From Novosphingobium sp. (GTDB lineage: Bacteria; Pseudomonadota; Alphaproteobacteria; Sphingomonadales; Sphingomonadaceae), in the NCBI GenBank assembly GCA_036384395.1, contig DASVMK010000098.1, forward strand, positions 93-64,092: a stretch of DNA of 64,000 bases. The letters are read 5' to 3'. Below are positions 1 through 8,842 of this stretch, piece by piece. Each line of letters starts with the position of its first letter. The stretch's first letter is position 1. The notes below the pieces were generated by a model that was given only the letters and a program-made list of their open reading frames with translations, had not been told where the DNA came from and ran no database searches. The position numbers were made by a program, and so were the translations under genes.

Positions 1-424
1 CCCGATGATCACCCCCAACGGCGTCGCGCTGTCGCCCGACGGCCAGACGCTCTACGTCAGCGAGACCGAGACCGGCCGGCTCTGGGCCTGGCCGATCGTC
101 GGGCCGGGCGAAGTGGCCAGGGAACCGTGGCCCTCGCCGGCGGGCGGGCGCTTCGTGGGCGGGCCGACCGGCTATCAGCGCTTCGATTCGATGGCGGTGG
201 AGGAAGGTGGCAACATCTGCGTCGCCACGCTGGTCGGCGCCGGGATCAGCGTCTTCGCCCCCGACGGCAGCGGCCTTATCGAGTTTTACGCCGCGCCCGA
301 ACCTTATTCGACCAATATCGCCTTCGGCGGGCCGGACATGCGCACCGCGTATATCACGCTCTCGGGCTACGGCACGCTGATCGCGGTCGACTGGCCGCGG
401 CCGGGGCTGAAGTTGGCCTATTGA
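1..424 (+). CDS. SMP-30/gluconolactonase/LRE family protein (5'-truncated by window edge)
   Basis: Beta-propeller motifs PNGVALSPDGQTLYVSET, FDSMAVEEGGNICVA, TNIAFGGPDMRTAYIT; the frame runs off the window start. Confidence 0.85.
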   Translation, partial: PMITPNGVALSPDGQTLYVSETETGRLWAWPIVGPGEVAREPWPSPAGGRFVGGPTGYQRFDSMAVEEGGNICVATLVGAGISVFAPDGSGLIEFYAAPEPYSTNIAFGGPDMRTAYITLSGYGTLIAVDWPRPGLKLAY

Positions 425-434
425 GCGTCGGGCG

Positions 435-1910
435 TCAGAACTTCATCGAGAACGGGTCGCGCGTGTCGCCCGAGAAGTCGATGAACACGTTCTTGGTCTG
501 CAGGAATTCCTGAATCCCCGCCGCGCCGCGGACGCGGCCGAAGCCCGACTCCTTGCAGCCGCCGAACGGCGCCTGCGGCGCGGCGACGCGGTAGGTGTTC
601 ACCCAGACGACACCGCTCTGGACGCTGCGCATCATCCGCAGGCAGCGGCCGATGTTCTCCGACCAGATGCCGCTGGCGAGGCCATAGGGCGTGTCGTTGG
701 CGATCCGCACCGCCTCTTCCTCGTCCTCGAACGGGATGATCGACAGCACCGGGCCGAAGATCTCCTCGGCGGCGACTGTCATGTCGTTGCGCACGTCGGC
801 GAAGATCGTCGGCTCGATGAAGAAGCCTTGCTCCAGGCCCGGCCCCTCGGCCCGGCCGCCGCCCGCGACGAGCCGCGCGCCGTCGCCCTTGGCGGCCTCG
901 ATGAATGACAGGATCTTGGCGAACTGCGGCGCGTTGGCGGCGGTGCCCATCTCGGTCTCGGGCAGGCGCGGATCGCCCAGGCGAATCCGCTTGGCGCGCG
1001 CGGCCAGCCCTTCGACCATGCGGTCGTAGATGCCGCGCTGCACCAGCAGCCGCGAGCCGGCGATGCAGGTCTGCCCGGTGGCGCCGAAGATGCCGGCGAG
1101 CGCGCCGATCAGCGCGCGGTCGAAGTCGGCGTCGTCGAACACGATGTTGGGCGACTTGCCGCCCAGTTCCATCGTCACCGGCTTGAGGTTGGCGCCCGCC
1201 CTGGCGGCGATCAGGCGGCCGACGCCGGGGCTGCCGGTGAAGCTGACCTTGTCGATCCGCGGCGAGCCGGTCAGCGCCGCGCCGACATCGCCCGCGCCGG
1301 TGACGACCTGGACGACACCCGCCGGAAAGCCCGCCTTCTCGCACAGCTTGGCCACTTCGAGCGTGGTGGTCGAGGCGTGCTCGCTCGGCTTGAGGATCAC
1401 GCAGTTGCCCGCGGTGAGCGCGGCGGGCAGCGTGTTGGTAAGGATCGCCACCGGCGAATTCCACGCGGTCACGCAGGCGACGACGCCATAGGGCACGCGG
1501 ATCGCGATATCGAGCGTGTCTTTCTGGTCGAGCGGCACGACGTCGCCGTGCAGCTTGTCGGCCCAGCCGGCGTAGTAGCGGAAGATGCGCGCGGCATAGC
1601 CCATCTGGTTGTGCGTCTCGCGGATGACCTTGCCGTTGTCGGTGGTCTCGAGCAGCGCCATGCGGGTCGCGTCGGCGTCGAGCAGGTCGGCGACCCGGTT
1701 GAGCAGCCGCGCCCGCTCGCCCGGCGTGGTCTTGCTCCACACCGTGTCGAACGCGCGCCGCGCCGCGTCGATCGCGTCCTCGACGTCTTCGGCGCTGGCG
1801 ACGGCGATCTCGGCGTGGACCGACTGATCGTAGGGGTTCACCGCCGGCATCGTACCGCCGCGCCCCGCCCGCCAGCCGCCGTCGATGTGGAGTTTGTAGG
1901 TCTCGACCAT
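435..1910 (-). CDS. NAD(P)-dependent aldehyde dehydrogenase
   Basis: Motifs AWNSP, LKPSE, FTGS, MELGGKSP, GQTCIAG (catalytic Cys), EEIFGPV, PFGGCKESGFGR; GAGGG RBS before ATG 1910. Confidence 0.95.
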   Translation of the reverse strand: MVETYKLHIDGGWRAGRGGTMPAVNPYDQSVHAEIAVASAEDVEDAIDAARRAFDTVWSKTTPGERARLLNRVADLLDADATRMALLETTDNGKVIRETHNQMGYAARIFRYYAGWADKLHGDVVPLDQKDTLDIAIRVPYGVVACVTAWNSPVAILTNTLPAALTAGNCVILKPSEHASTTTLEVAKLCEKAGFPAGVVQVVTGAGDVGAALTGSPRIDKVSFTGSPGVGRLIAARAGANLKPVTMELGGKSPNIVFDDADFDRALIGALAGIFGATGQTCIAGSRLLVQRGIYDRMVEGLAARAKRIRLGDPRLPETEMGTAANAPQFAKILSFIEAAKGDGARLVAGGGRAEGPGLEQGFFIEPTIFADVRNDMTVAAEEIFGPVLSIIPFEDEEEAVRIANDTPYGLASGIWSENIGRCLRMMRSVQSGVVWVNTYRVAAPQAPFGGCKESGFGRVRGAAGIQEFLQTKNVFIDFSGDTRDPFSMKF

Positions 1911-1951
1911 GATCACCCTCGTTCCCGCGCGCCGCTGTCACCCAACGAATC

Positions 1952-1965
1952 GATAATGCATTATC
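1952..1965. promoter_or_regulatory. Perfect 14-bp AT-rich palindrome GATAATGCATTATC, candidate operator in the divergent ALDH/ppk intergenic region
   Basis: Read directly from the sequence; lies ~40-55 bp upstream of the ALDH start. Confidence 0.5.
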
Positions 1966-2083
1966 TTGTGAGGCGCCTTTCGGGCAATCCCTTCCGCGCC
2001 GCCGGTGCGATCATGCGCGCGTGAAATTGCCTCTGCCGCGGGGGGCGGCAAGCTGGTATCGTGGCGCGATCGCTCGCAAGGCG

Positions 2084-2101
2084 ATGTAATCGAACCGTAA
2101 C
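2084..2101 (+). promoter_or_regulatory. Degenerate Pho-box-like site upstream of ppk (ATGTAAT-cgaa-CCGTAAC)
   Basis: Two heptamers at 11-bp spacing; the cgaa spacer also occurs in the arrays at 19902-19982; ppk is a common Pho-regulon gene. Confidence 0.5.
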
Positions 2102-2161
2102 ATCGATGCCGCATGCGCGCAGGCAGCGTGCACGAATCCTAGGCACCGGCAAGGAAGGGTG

Positions 2162-4336
2162 ATGAGCGAGGGACGCGGCGAGGCCGTCATGCCGCAAGCG
2201 GAACTGGGCGGATCGCGGTATTTCAACCGGGAGCTGAGCTGGCTGGCGTTCAACCAGCGCGTCCTCGCCGAAGCCTCCAACCCCGACTATCCGCTGCTTG
2301 AGCGGCTGCGCTTCCTGTCGATCTCGGGCAGCAACCTCGACGAGTTCACGATGGTGCGCGTCGCCGGGCTGGCCGGGCAGGTGCGCCAGCAGGTCGAGGA
2401 GACCTCGATCGACGGCCTCACCCCGTCGCAGCAGCTTGCCGCGATCCGCGATGCGGTGACCGAGCTCGAGGCCGGGCAGCAGGAAAGCTGGCGCGTGCTG
2501 CGCGGCCAATTGGCCGAACAGGGCATCGCGTTGGCCGGCGACGTGCGGCTGGATGCCGATCAGCGCGCCTGGCTCAAGGACTATTTCCTCGAGCACATCG
2601 TCCCGATCATCACCCCGCAGGCGATCGATCCGGCGCATCCGTTCCCGTTCGTCGCCAACCAGGGCATGGGCATCCTGTTCTCGCTGATCCGCACCGCCGA
2701 CGGATCGCCGGTGATGGAGATGATCCTCATCCCCTCGGCGCTGCCGCGCTTCATCCGCATGCCCGGCGGCAAAGAGAGTCAGAGCGCGAGCGGTCAGGCG
2801 CTCTACATCGCCATCGAGGACTTGCTGTGCCGTCACGCCGGGCTGATGTTCCCCGGCTTCAAGGTCCAGGGCCACGGCGTGTTCCGCGTGCTGCGCGACA
2901 GCGACCTAGAGGTCGAGGAGGACGCCGAGGACCTCGTCCGCTATTTCCGCACCGCGATCCAGCGCCGCCGCCGGGGCCGGGTGATCTCGCTGCAACTGCA
3001 GGGCGATTTCGATCCGGCGGCCGAGAAGCTGCTACGCGACCAGCTGCGCCTCGACAACGCGATGGTGCTCAAGACCGACGGCCTGATCGGCATCAGCGGC
3101 CTCGCCGGCATCGTCGAGGAGGACCGCCCCGACCTCAAGTTCGAGCCCTATAGCCCGCGCTATCCCGAACGCATCATGGAACACGACGGCGATTGCTTCG
3201 CCGCGATCCGCGAGAAGGACATCGTCATCCACCACCCCTACGAGAGCTTCGAGGTGGTGATCGACTTCCTGCGCCAGGCGGCCGAGGATCCCGACGTCGT
3301 CGCGATCAAGCAGACGCTCTACCGCGCCGGCAAGCAATCGGGCATCATCAACGCGCTGATCGCGGCGGCCGAGAACGGCAAGTCGGTGACCGCGGTGGTC
3401 GAGCTCAAGGCGCGCTTCGACGAGGAGCAGAACCTCCACTGGGCCAGCCAGCTCGAACGCGCGGGCGTGCAGGTGATCTACGGCTTCGTCGATTGGAAGA
3501 CCCACGCCAAGGTCTCGATGGTGGTGCGGCGCGAGGGCGAGGGCTATCGCACCTATTGCCACTTCGGCACCGGCAACTACCACCCGGTGACCGCGCGCAT
3601 CTACACCGACCTCAGCTTCTTCACCGCCGATCCCAAGGCCGGGCGCGACGCGGGCATGCTGTTCAACTTCATCACCGGCTATGTCGAGCCCGACAAGACC
3701 GAGCTCCTGTCGCTCTCGCCGCTGGGCCTGCGCCGCAAGCTCTACGAATGCATCGACGGCGAGATCGCCAACGCCACGGCGGGCAAGCCGGCGGTGATCT
3801 GGGCCAAGCTCAACGCGCTGACCGATCCCGAGCTGATCGACCGGCTCTATGCCGCGAGCGCGGCCGGGGTGGAGATCCTGCTGGTGGTGCGCGGCATCTG
3901 CTGCCTGCGGCCGGGCGTGCCGGGGCTGTCCGACAACATCGTCGTCAAGTCGATCATCGGCCGCTTCCTCGAGCACAGCCGCATCTGGGCCTTCGCCAAC
4001 GGCGCGCCGCTGCCCAACGCCAAGGCGCTGCTGTTCATCTCCTCGGCCGACGGCATGAGCCGCAACCTCGACCGCCGGGTGGAGCTGCTGGTGCCGATCC
4101 GCAACCGCACGGTTCACGACCAGGTGCTCGATCAGGTAATGCTGGCGAATCTGCTCGATACCGAGCAGAGCTGGCTGATCGGCCCGGACGGTAGCCATGC
4201 CCGGATGGACAAGGGTGAGAAGCCATTCAATCTGCATCTCTACTTCATGACCAATCCCTCGCTGTCTGGCCGCGGCGCGGCGCTGACCAGCGGCCGCAAG
4301 GTGCCCAAGCTCGCGCTGCGTCGCGGCGCTGGTTGA
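2162..4336 (+). CDS. ppk: Polyphosphate kinase 1
   Basis: YFNRELSWLAFNQRVL, HHPYESF, IKQTLYR, ELKARFDEEQN, KTHAK, GRFLEHSRI, SADGMSRNLDRRVE. Confidence 0.97.
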   Translation: MSEGRGEAVMPQAELGGSRYFNRELSWLAFNQRVLAEASNPDYPLLERLRFLSISGSNLDEFTMVRVAGLAGQVRQQVEETSIDGLTPSQQLAAIRDAVTELEAGQQESWRVLRGQLAEQGIALAGDVRLDADQRAWLKDYFLEHIVPIITPQAIDPAHPFPFVANQGMGILFSLIRTADGSPVMEMILIPSALPRFIRMPGGKESQSASGQALYIAIEDLLCRHAGLMFPGFKVQGHGVFRVLRDSDLEVEEDAEDLVRYFRTAIQRRRRGRVISLQLQGDFDPAAEKLLRDQLRLDNAMVLKTDGLIGISGLAGIVEEDRPDLKFEPYSPRYPERIMEHDGDCFAAIREKDIVIHHPYESFEVVIDFLRQAAEDPDVVAIKQTLYRAGKQSGIINALIAAAENGKSVTAVVELKARFDEEQNLHWASQLERAGVQVIYGFVDWKTHAKVSMVVRREGEGYRTYCHFGTGNYHPVTARIYTDLSFFTADPKAGRDAGMLFNFITGYVEPDKTELLSLSPLGLRRKLYECIDGEIANATAGKPAVIWAKLNALTDPELIDRLYAASAAGVEILLVVRGICCLRPGVPGLSDNIVVKSIIGRFLEHSRIWAFANGAPLPNAKALLFISSADGMSRNLDRRVELLVPIRNRTVHDQVLDQVMLANLLDTEQSWLIGPDGSHARMDKGEKPFNLHLYFMTNPSLSGRGAALTSGRKVPKLALRRGAG

Positions 4337-4358
4337 GGGTACGCGCGGGGCGGCGCGC

Positions 4359-5792
4359 ATGACCGCCGAGCGCGCGATCATCGACATCGGTTCGAACACC
4401 GTGCGCCTGGTGGTGTACGGCGGGCCGGCGCGCGCGCCGACGGTGCTGCTGAACGAGAAGGTCACCGCCAAGCTCGGCAAGGGCCTCGCCGAGAACGGCC
4501 GGCTGTCGGACAAGGCGATGAAAGTCGCGCTGGCCGCGCTCGGGCGCTATGCCCTGCTGCTGCGACTGCGCGGGGTGGAGAGGGTCGAGACCGTCGCCAC
4601 CGCCGCCGCGCGCGATGCGACCAATGGCGAGGATTTCCTGGCGCGCGTCCGCGCGCTGGGGCTGGCGCCGCGGCTGCTGTCGGGCGAGCAGGAGGCGGTC
4701 ACCAGCGCGATGGGCGTGATCGGCGCGCTGCCGGGCGCCAAGGGCGTCGTTGCCGATCTCGGCGGCGGCAGCCTGGAGCTGATCCATGTCGAGGGCGGGC
4801 GAAGCTGGCACGGCGCCAGCCTGCCGTTCGGCACGCTGCGCCTGCCGGGCTTGCGCGCGCAAGGGCCTGTCCGTTTCTCGCGCGGCATCGTCAAGGCGCT
4901 CGACGCGGCCGAATGGCACTGCGCGCCGGGCGAGGCGTTGTACCTCGTCGGCGGCTCGCACCGCGCGCTGGCGCGGGTGGCGATGCACGCGGCGGGCTGG
5001 CCGATCGACGATCCGCATGCCTTCGAACTGTCGCCGCAGGCGGCGCTCAAGACCTGCCGGCTGGTGCTGGCGGACGCGCTGCCGCCGGCGATTCCCGGCC
5101 TCTCGGCCTCACGCCGGGCGAGCCTGCCCGCCGCCGCCGCGCTGCTGGCGGTCCTGGTGCGCGAGCTCAAGCCGGCGCGGCTGGTGTTCTCCGCTTGGGG
5201 TCTGCGCGAGGGGCTGATGTACGCGGCGCTGCCGGCGGCGGAGCAGGCGCTCGATCCGCTGCTGGCGGGCGCCTTCGCCTTCGGCCAGGCGCTCGGCTGC
5301 GCGCCCGCCGACGCCGCGGCGATCGCCGGCTGGACCGCGCCGGTGGCGGCCGGGGACGAAACCTTGCGCCTCGCCGCGACGCTGCTGGCGCTGGTCTCGC
5401 AGCGGATCGAGCCCAACTTGCGCGCCGGGCACATCATGGACGGGGCGCTGCGCAAGCGCTGGATCGGCATCGACGCCCCCGGCCGCGCGCAGATTGCCGC
5501 CTGCGCGCTCGCCAACGCCGGGCGCGCGGCGCCGGCCGAGGCGCTGGGGCGCCTTGCCCCGGCCGACCGGTTGCGCGAGGCGGCCGGATGGGGCCTCGCC
5601 ATGCGCCTGTGCCGGCGCTTCAGCGGCCTTTCCGCCAAGGTGCTGGCGGGAAGCGCGCTGAGCGTGGAGGACGGCGCGCTCACGCTGACGATGCAGGAGG
5701 CCTACGCGCCGCTTTACACCGAGATGGTCGAGAAGGACCTCAAGGCGCTGGCCGAGCACCTGGGCCTGCGCGCGGCGGTGCGGAAGGCGTAG
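4359..5792 (+). CDS. ppx: Ppx/GppA family exopolyphosphatase
   Basis: IIDIGSNTVRL, SGEQEA, DLGGGSLEL, SAWGLREG; directly downstream of ppk. Confidence 0.92.
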   Translation: MTAERAIIDIGSNTVRLVVYGGPARAPTVLLNEKVTAKLGKGLAENGRLSDKAMKVALAALGRYALLLRLRGVERVETVATAAARDATNGEDFLARVRALGLAPRLLSGEQEAVTSAMGVIGALPGAKGVVADLGGGSLELIHVEGGRSWHGASLPFGTLRLPGLRAQGPVRFSRGIVKALDAAEWHCAPGEALYLVGGSHRALARVAMHAAGWPIDDPHAFELSPQAALKTCRLVLADALPPAIPGLSASRRASLPAAAALLAVLVRELKPARLVFSAWGLREGLMYAALPAAEQALDPLLAGAFAFGQALGCAPADAAAIAGWTAPVAAGDETLRLAATLLALVSQRIEPNLRAGHIMDGALRKRWIGIDAPGRAQIAACALANAGRAAPAEALGRLAPADRLREAAGWGLAMRLCRRFSGLSAKVLAGSALSVEDGALTLTMQEAYAPLYTEMVEKDLKALAEHLGLRAAVRKA

Positions 5793-5800
5793 AGAAGGGG

Positions 5801-5928
5801 TGTTCGCGCAAAGGCGCGAAGGTGTAGCGCCCGCGGCGAAGCCGCGCTTACGATCCGGAAAGAGCTATAGGCCTTCGGCCGGGCGCGACCTCTTTGCGCC
5901 TTTGCGCCTTTGCGCCTTTGCGCGAACA
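5801..5928. repeat. REP-like palindromic intergenic element with 22-bp terminal inverted repeats, two internal hairpins and a 4x CTTTGCGC octamer
   Basis: 5801-5822 TGTTCGCGCAAAGGCGCGAAGG matches the reverse complement of 5907-5928 at 21/22; internal CGCGGC-GAA-GCCGCG and GGCC-TTC-GGCC; tandem octamer 5892-5923; lies between convergent ppx and virB11. Confidence 0.8.
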
Positions 5929-5938
5929 AAACTCTTGT

Positions 5939-6934
5939 TCAGCCCACCAGCTCCCGCGCCACGGCGATCTCGGCGATGGTCCGCTGGCCCTCGTGGCGCT
6001 TGAGCTGCACGATCACGTCGATCAGCGAGGCGGCGTAGTCGATCGTTTCGTGGCGGGTGAGGCCGATCTGCGCCTGCATCGCCATCAGGCCGATCTGCTC
6101 CAATGCGCCGCGCGGGGAATTGGCGTGGACGGTGGAGAACGAGCCGGGATGGCCGGTGTTGATCGCGCGCAGGAACGAGACCGTCTCGCGTCCGCGCAAT
6201 TCGCCCAGCACGATGCGGTCGGGGCGCAGGCGCAGCGCCGCCTGGACGAGATCGTCGGGCGTCACTCGCGCTTCGCCGAGCTCCCCCTTGACCGCGACGA
6301 GGCCCAGCGCATTCGCCGTCGGCAGCTTGAGCTCGGGCGTGTCCTCGACCAGGATCACGCGCTCGCCGGGCGGAATCGCGCCGAGCATGGCGTTGAGGAA
6401 CGTGGTCTTGCCGGTCGAGGTGCCGCCGGCCACCAGGATCGTCTTCCGCCGCGCGATCGCCGCGCGCAAGTAGTCGAGCGGGCGGGCCAGCGGATCGGGC
6501 ATCGCCGCTTCGGCCTGGGGCCGGATCGGGCCGTTGTTCCAGGCATCGAGCGGCAGGTCGATCAGGCGGTGGCGGCGGATCGCCAGCGCCCAGTTGCGCC
6601 GCGTCGCCGGCGGGCCGACGAGCTGGATGCGCGCGCCGTCAGGTAGTGTCGCGGCCAGCAGCGGATGCTCGCGGTTGATGCCCTGGTGGCTCTGGCGCGC
6701 GACTTGCTCGGCCAGTCGTTGCAGCAGGGTATCGTCGATCTCGGGCAGCGCGACGCGCTGCATGGCGGGCGTGCCGGCCTCCTCGATCCACAGCTCGCCG
6801 GGGCGGTTGACGAGGATCTCGGTGACGCTTTCGCGCGCCAGGAACGGGCGGAACGGCGCCAGGTAGGCGTCGAGATAGACGCTGCGCGGCGCGGTGTCCG
6901 CCGCCGCCGGGAGCGCGCGCAGCTCGGCGCTCAC
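5939..6934 (-). CDS. virB11: P-type T4SS ATPase VirB11
   Basis: EILVNRPGE, Walker A GGTSTGKTT, VEDTPEL, LRLRPDRIVLGELRG, NTGHPGSFSTVHANS; GTG start overlaps the virB10 stop (GTGA). The longer tracked ORF is an upstream extension. Confidence 0.95.
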   Translation of the reverse strand: MSAELRALPAAADTAPRSVYLDAYLAPFRPFLARESVTEILVNRPGELWIEEAGTPAMQRVALPEIDDTLLQRLAEQVARQSHQGINREHPLLAATLPDGARIQLVGPPATRRNWALAIRRHRLIDLPLDAWNNGPIRPQAEAAMPDPLARPLDYLRAAIARRKTILVAGGTSTGKTTFLNAMLGAIPPGERVILVEDTPELKLPTANALGLVAVKGELGEARVTPDDLVQAALRLRPDRIVLGELRGRETVSFLRAINTGHPGSFSTVHANSPRGALEQIGLMAMQAQIGLTRHETIDYAASLIDVIVQLKRHEGQRTIAEIAVARELVG

Positions 6935-8034
6935 TCGCGTTCGACCTTCGAGAAGTCGAGATCGCGCGCGGTGAAGACGCGGATCGGCTCGCCCTGGCGG
7001 ACGCGGATCGTCGGGCCGATCTGTCCGCCCTGGCCGACCGCCGCCGCGGCCGCCGACTGGCCGCCGCCGCCGACGATCACATTGGCGCCGTTGCCGATCA
7101 GCGAGGGGATGCCGCCGATCACCGAGAGCAGCATCGACGAGCCGAAGCGCTCGAAGAAATGGCTGTCGACCTTGCCGGCGAGGCCGGTCTCGCCGGAGAA
7201 GGCGACGGCGGGGGAGGCGATGGCGACCGAGACGCCGTCGGGGCGGATCAGCCGCGTCCAGATCACGTAGGCGCGCTTCTGGCCCGAGGTCATGCCGCTC
7301 TTGTACTGGCCGATGAGCCGCGACGAGCGGGGGACGAGCACGCGGGTGCCGTCGAACGAGCGCACGTCGGCCGAGACGATGGCGCGGACGTAGCCGGGCA
7401 CGTCGGTGTCGATCGCGGTTTCCAGCACCGCCGGGATCAGCGTGCCCTGCGTCACCGTGGTGCGCGGATCGATCGCGCTGGCCGCACTGGCCGCGCCGCC
7501 GCCCACCCCGCCGAGCCGCGCGGCGAAATCGTCGTTGCCGTTGCCGGAGCCGCCCGGTGCCGCCGCCGGTCCGCCCAGCGCGATGGCGGGGGCGGACGCG
7601 GGAAGCGCGCTGGCGTCGAACACGATGGTCGGGCTGCTGTGTGGGTTGGCCCGCACGCCTGGCGCCATTTGCGGCGGCGCGGCGAGGACCGCCTGCTGTT
7701 GCGGCGCTGCGGGCGCGGTTCCGGGCGCGGGGGTGATCGCCTGTGGCGGCACCGCGGGCGGCAGCGCGACGGGCGGGGCGCCCACTTGCGTCGGCAAGGG
7801 CCCGCGCTTCTGCACGGTGCGGGCGTTGTCCATGCTCCACAGCGTCACCGCGCCGAGCAGGCCGACCACCGCGACCCCGGCGGCCAGGCCGAAGGCGTCG
7901 GAGCGCGGCTTGCGCGCCGCGACTTGCGGCAGGACGTTGCGCGTGGCGAGATCGATGATCTCCGCGCCTTGCGCATCGCGCGGATCGGCGTCGTTGGCGG
8001 CGAAGCGTTCGGACAGCTTGGTCGTGGGGCGCAT
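6931..8034 (-). CDS. virB10: TrbI/VirB10 T4SS core-complex protein
   Basis: N-terminal TM helix, Pro/Ala linker, QGTLIPAVLETAIDTDVPG, VPRSSRLIGQY, G..G.VDSHFFERFG, PTIRVRQGEPIRVFTARDLDF. Confidence 0.95.
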   Translation of the reverse strand: MRPTTKLSERFAANDADPRDAQGAEIIDLATRNVLPQVAARKPRSDAFGLAAGVAVVGLLGAVTLWSMDNARTVQKRGPLPTQVGAPPVALPPAVPPQAITPAPGTAPAAPQQQAVLAAPPQMAPGVRANPHSSPTIVFDASALPASAPAIALGGPAAAPGGSGNGNDDFAARLGGVGGGAASAASAIDPRTTVTQGTLIPAVLETAIDTDVPGYVRAIVSADVRSFDGTRVLVPRSSRLIGQYKSGMTSGQKRAYVIWTRLIRPDGVSVAIASPAVAFSGETGLAGKVDSHFFERFGSSMLLSVIGGIPSLIGNGANVIVGGGGQSAAAAAVGQGGQIGPTIRVRQGEPIRVFTARDLDFSKVERE

Positions 8035-8038
8035 GGGA

Positions 8039-8842
8039 TCAGTGGCCTTGGGCGGGGAGGATGAGCGGCGGGGCGGCGGTGTCGGTGGCGGCGGCCAGGC
8101 CCGGCGAAGCGGCCGGCGCGACCGGTTTGGGCGCCGCGCCGCGGTTCTCCAGCATGGCCATCGCCTTGCCCAGCCGCAGCACGATCAGCGCGGGCACGCC
8201 GTCCACCACGATCACGTCGTCGCGCACCGCGTAGTTCACCGGGCCTTCGACGCCCGCTTCGTTCTGCACCAGGATCGCCGGTACCGGCTGGCCGGCGGGC
8301 CACGACAGGAAGGTGGATTCGCCGTCGTCATAGACGCGCTGCGGCAGCAGCGTCGGCTTGCCCTTGGGGGCCCAGGCGAAGTTGAGCTGCGCGGGATCGA
8401 CCGGCGGCTTGGCCAGCGCCTGCGCCTCGGCGCTGCTCAACGTGGGCTGCGGGGCCGGCTTGGGCTCGGCCGGATAGGTGAAGCGCAGCACGTAGATCGG
8501 CCGCGCGGCGGGCGAGGCGGCGAGGTCGAACACATAGCTGCGCTTGTCGGTCACCACCGTCATGTTGGTGCGCGCGCTGGCGGTGAGCGGTTTCACGAAC
8601 AGCATGTTGGCGCGCTTGTTGGGCGTCACCTGCCACAAGTTCGAATCGCCGATGGCGACGTTCTCGATGTGCTCCTCGTCGGCGAAGGCGATCGCCGCCT
8701 GGACGCCGGTGCGCCCTTCGAGGCGGACGACCTGGTTGGGGTCGTAGTGCCGGGTGGCGAGGCGCGGGTCGGCGGTCTGGGCATGCGCCGGCACCGCGAT
8801 CGTGACGAGGGGGGCTAGCGCGAGAAGCAGCGGGCGGATCAT
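8039..8842 (-). CDS. virB9: TrbG/VirB9 T4SS outer-membrane core protein
   Basis: Signal peptide, DPRL..Y.P.QV, NMLFVKP, TNMTVVTDKRSYVFDL, VYDDGESTF; ATG overlaps the virB6 stop. Confidence 0.93.
   Translation of the reverse strand: MIRPLLLALAPLVTIAVPAHAQTADPRLATRHYDPNQVVRLEGRTGVQAAIAFADEEHIENVAIGDSNLWQVTPNKRANMLFVKPLTASARTNMTVVTDKRSYVFDLAASPAARPIYVLRFTYPAEPKPAPQPTLSSAEAQALAKPPVDPAQLNFAWAPKGKPTLLPQRVYDDGESTFLSWPAGQPVPAILVQNEAGVEGPVNYAVRDDVIVVDGVPALIVLRLGKAMAMLENRGAAPKPVAPAASPGLAAATDTAAPPLILPAQGH

Noticed and set aside
1935-1941. Isolated CTGTCAC as a Pho box for the ALDH gene
   Set aside because: No partner heptamer at 11 bp, and it is oriented away from the ALDH gene.
5892-5923. Short tandem repeats as a CRISPR array
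   Set aside because: Spacer-less 8-bp units inside a palindromic element; no cas genes.
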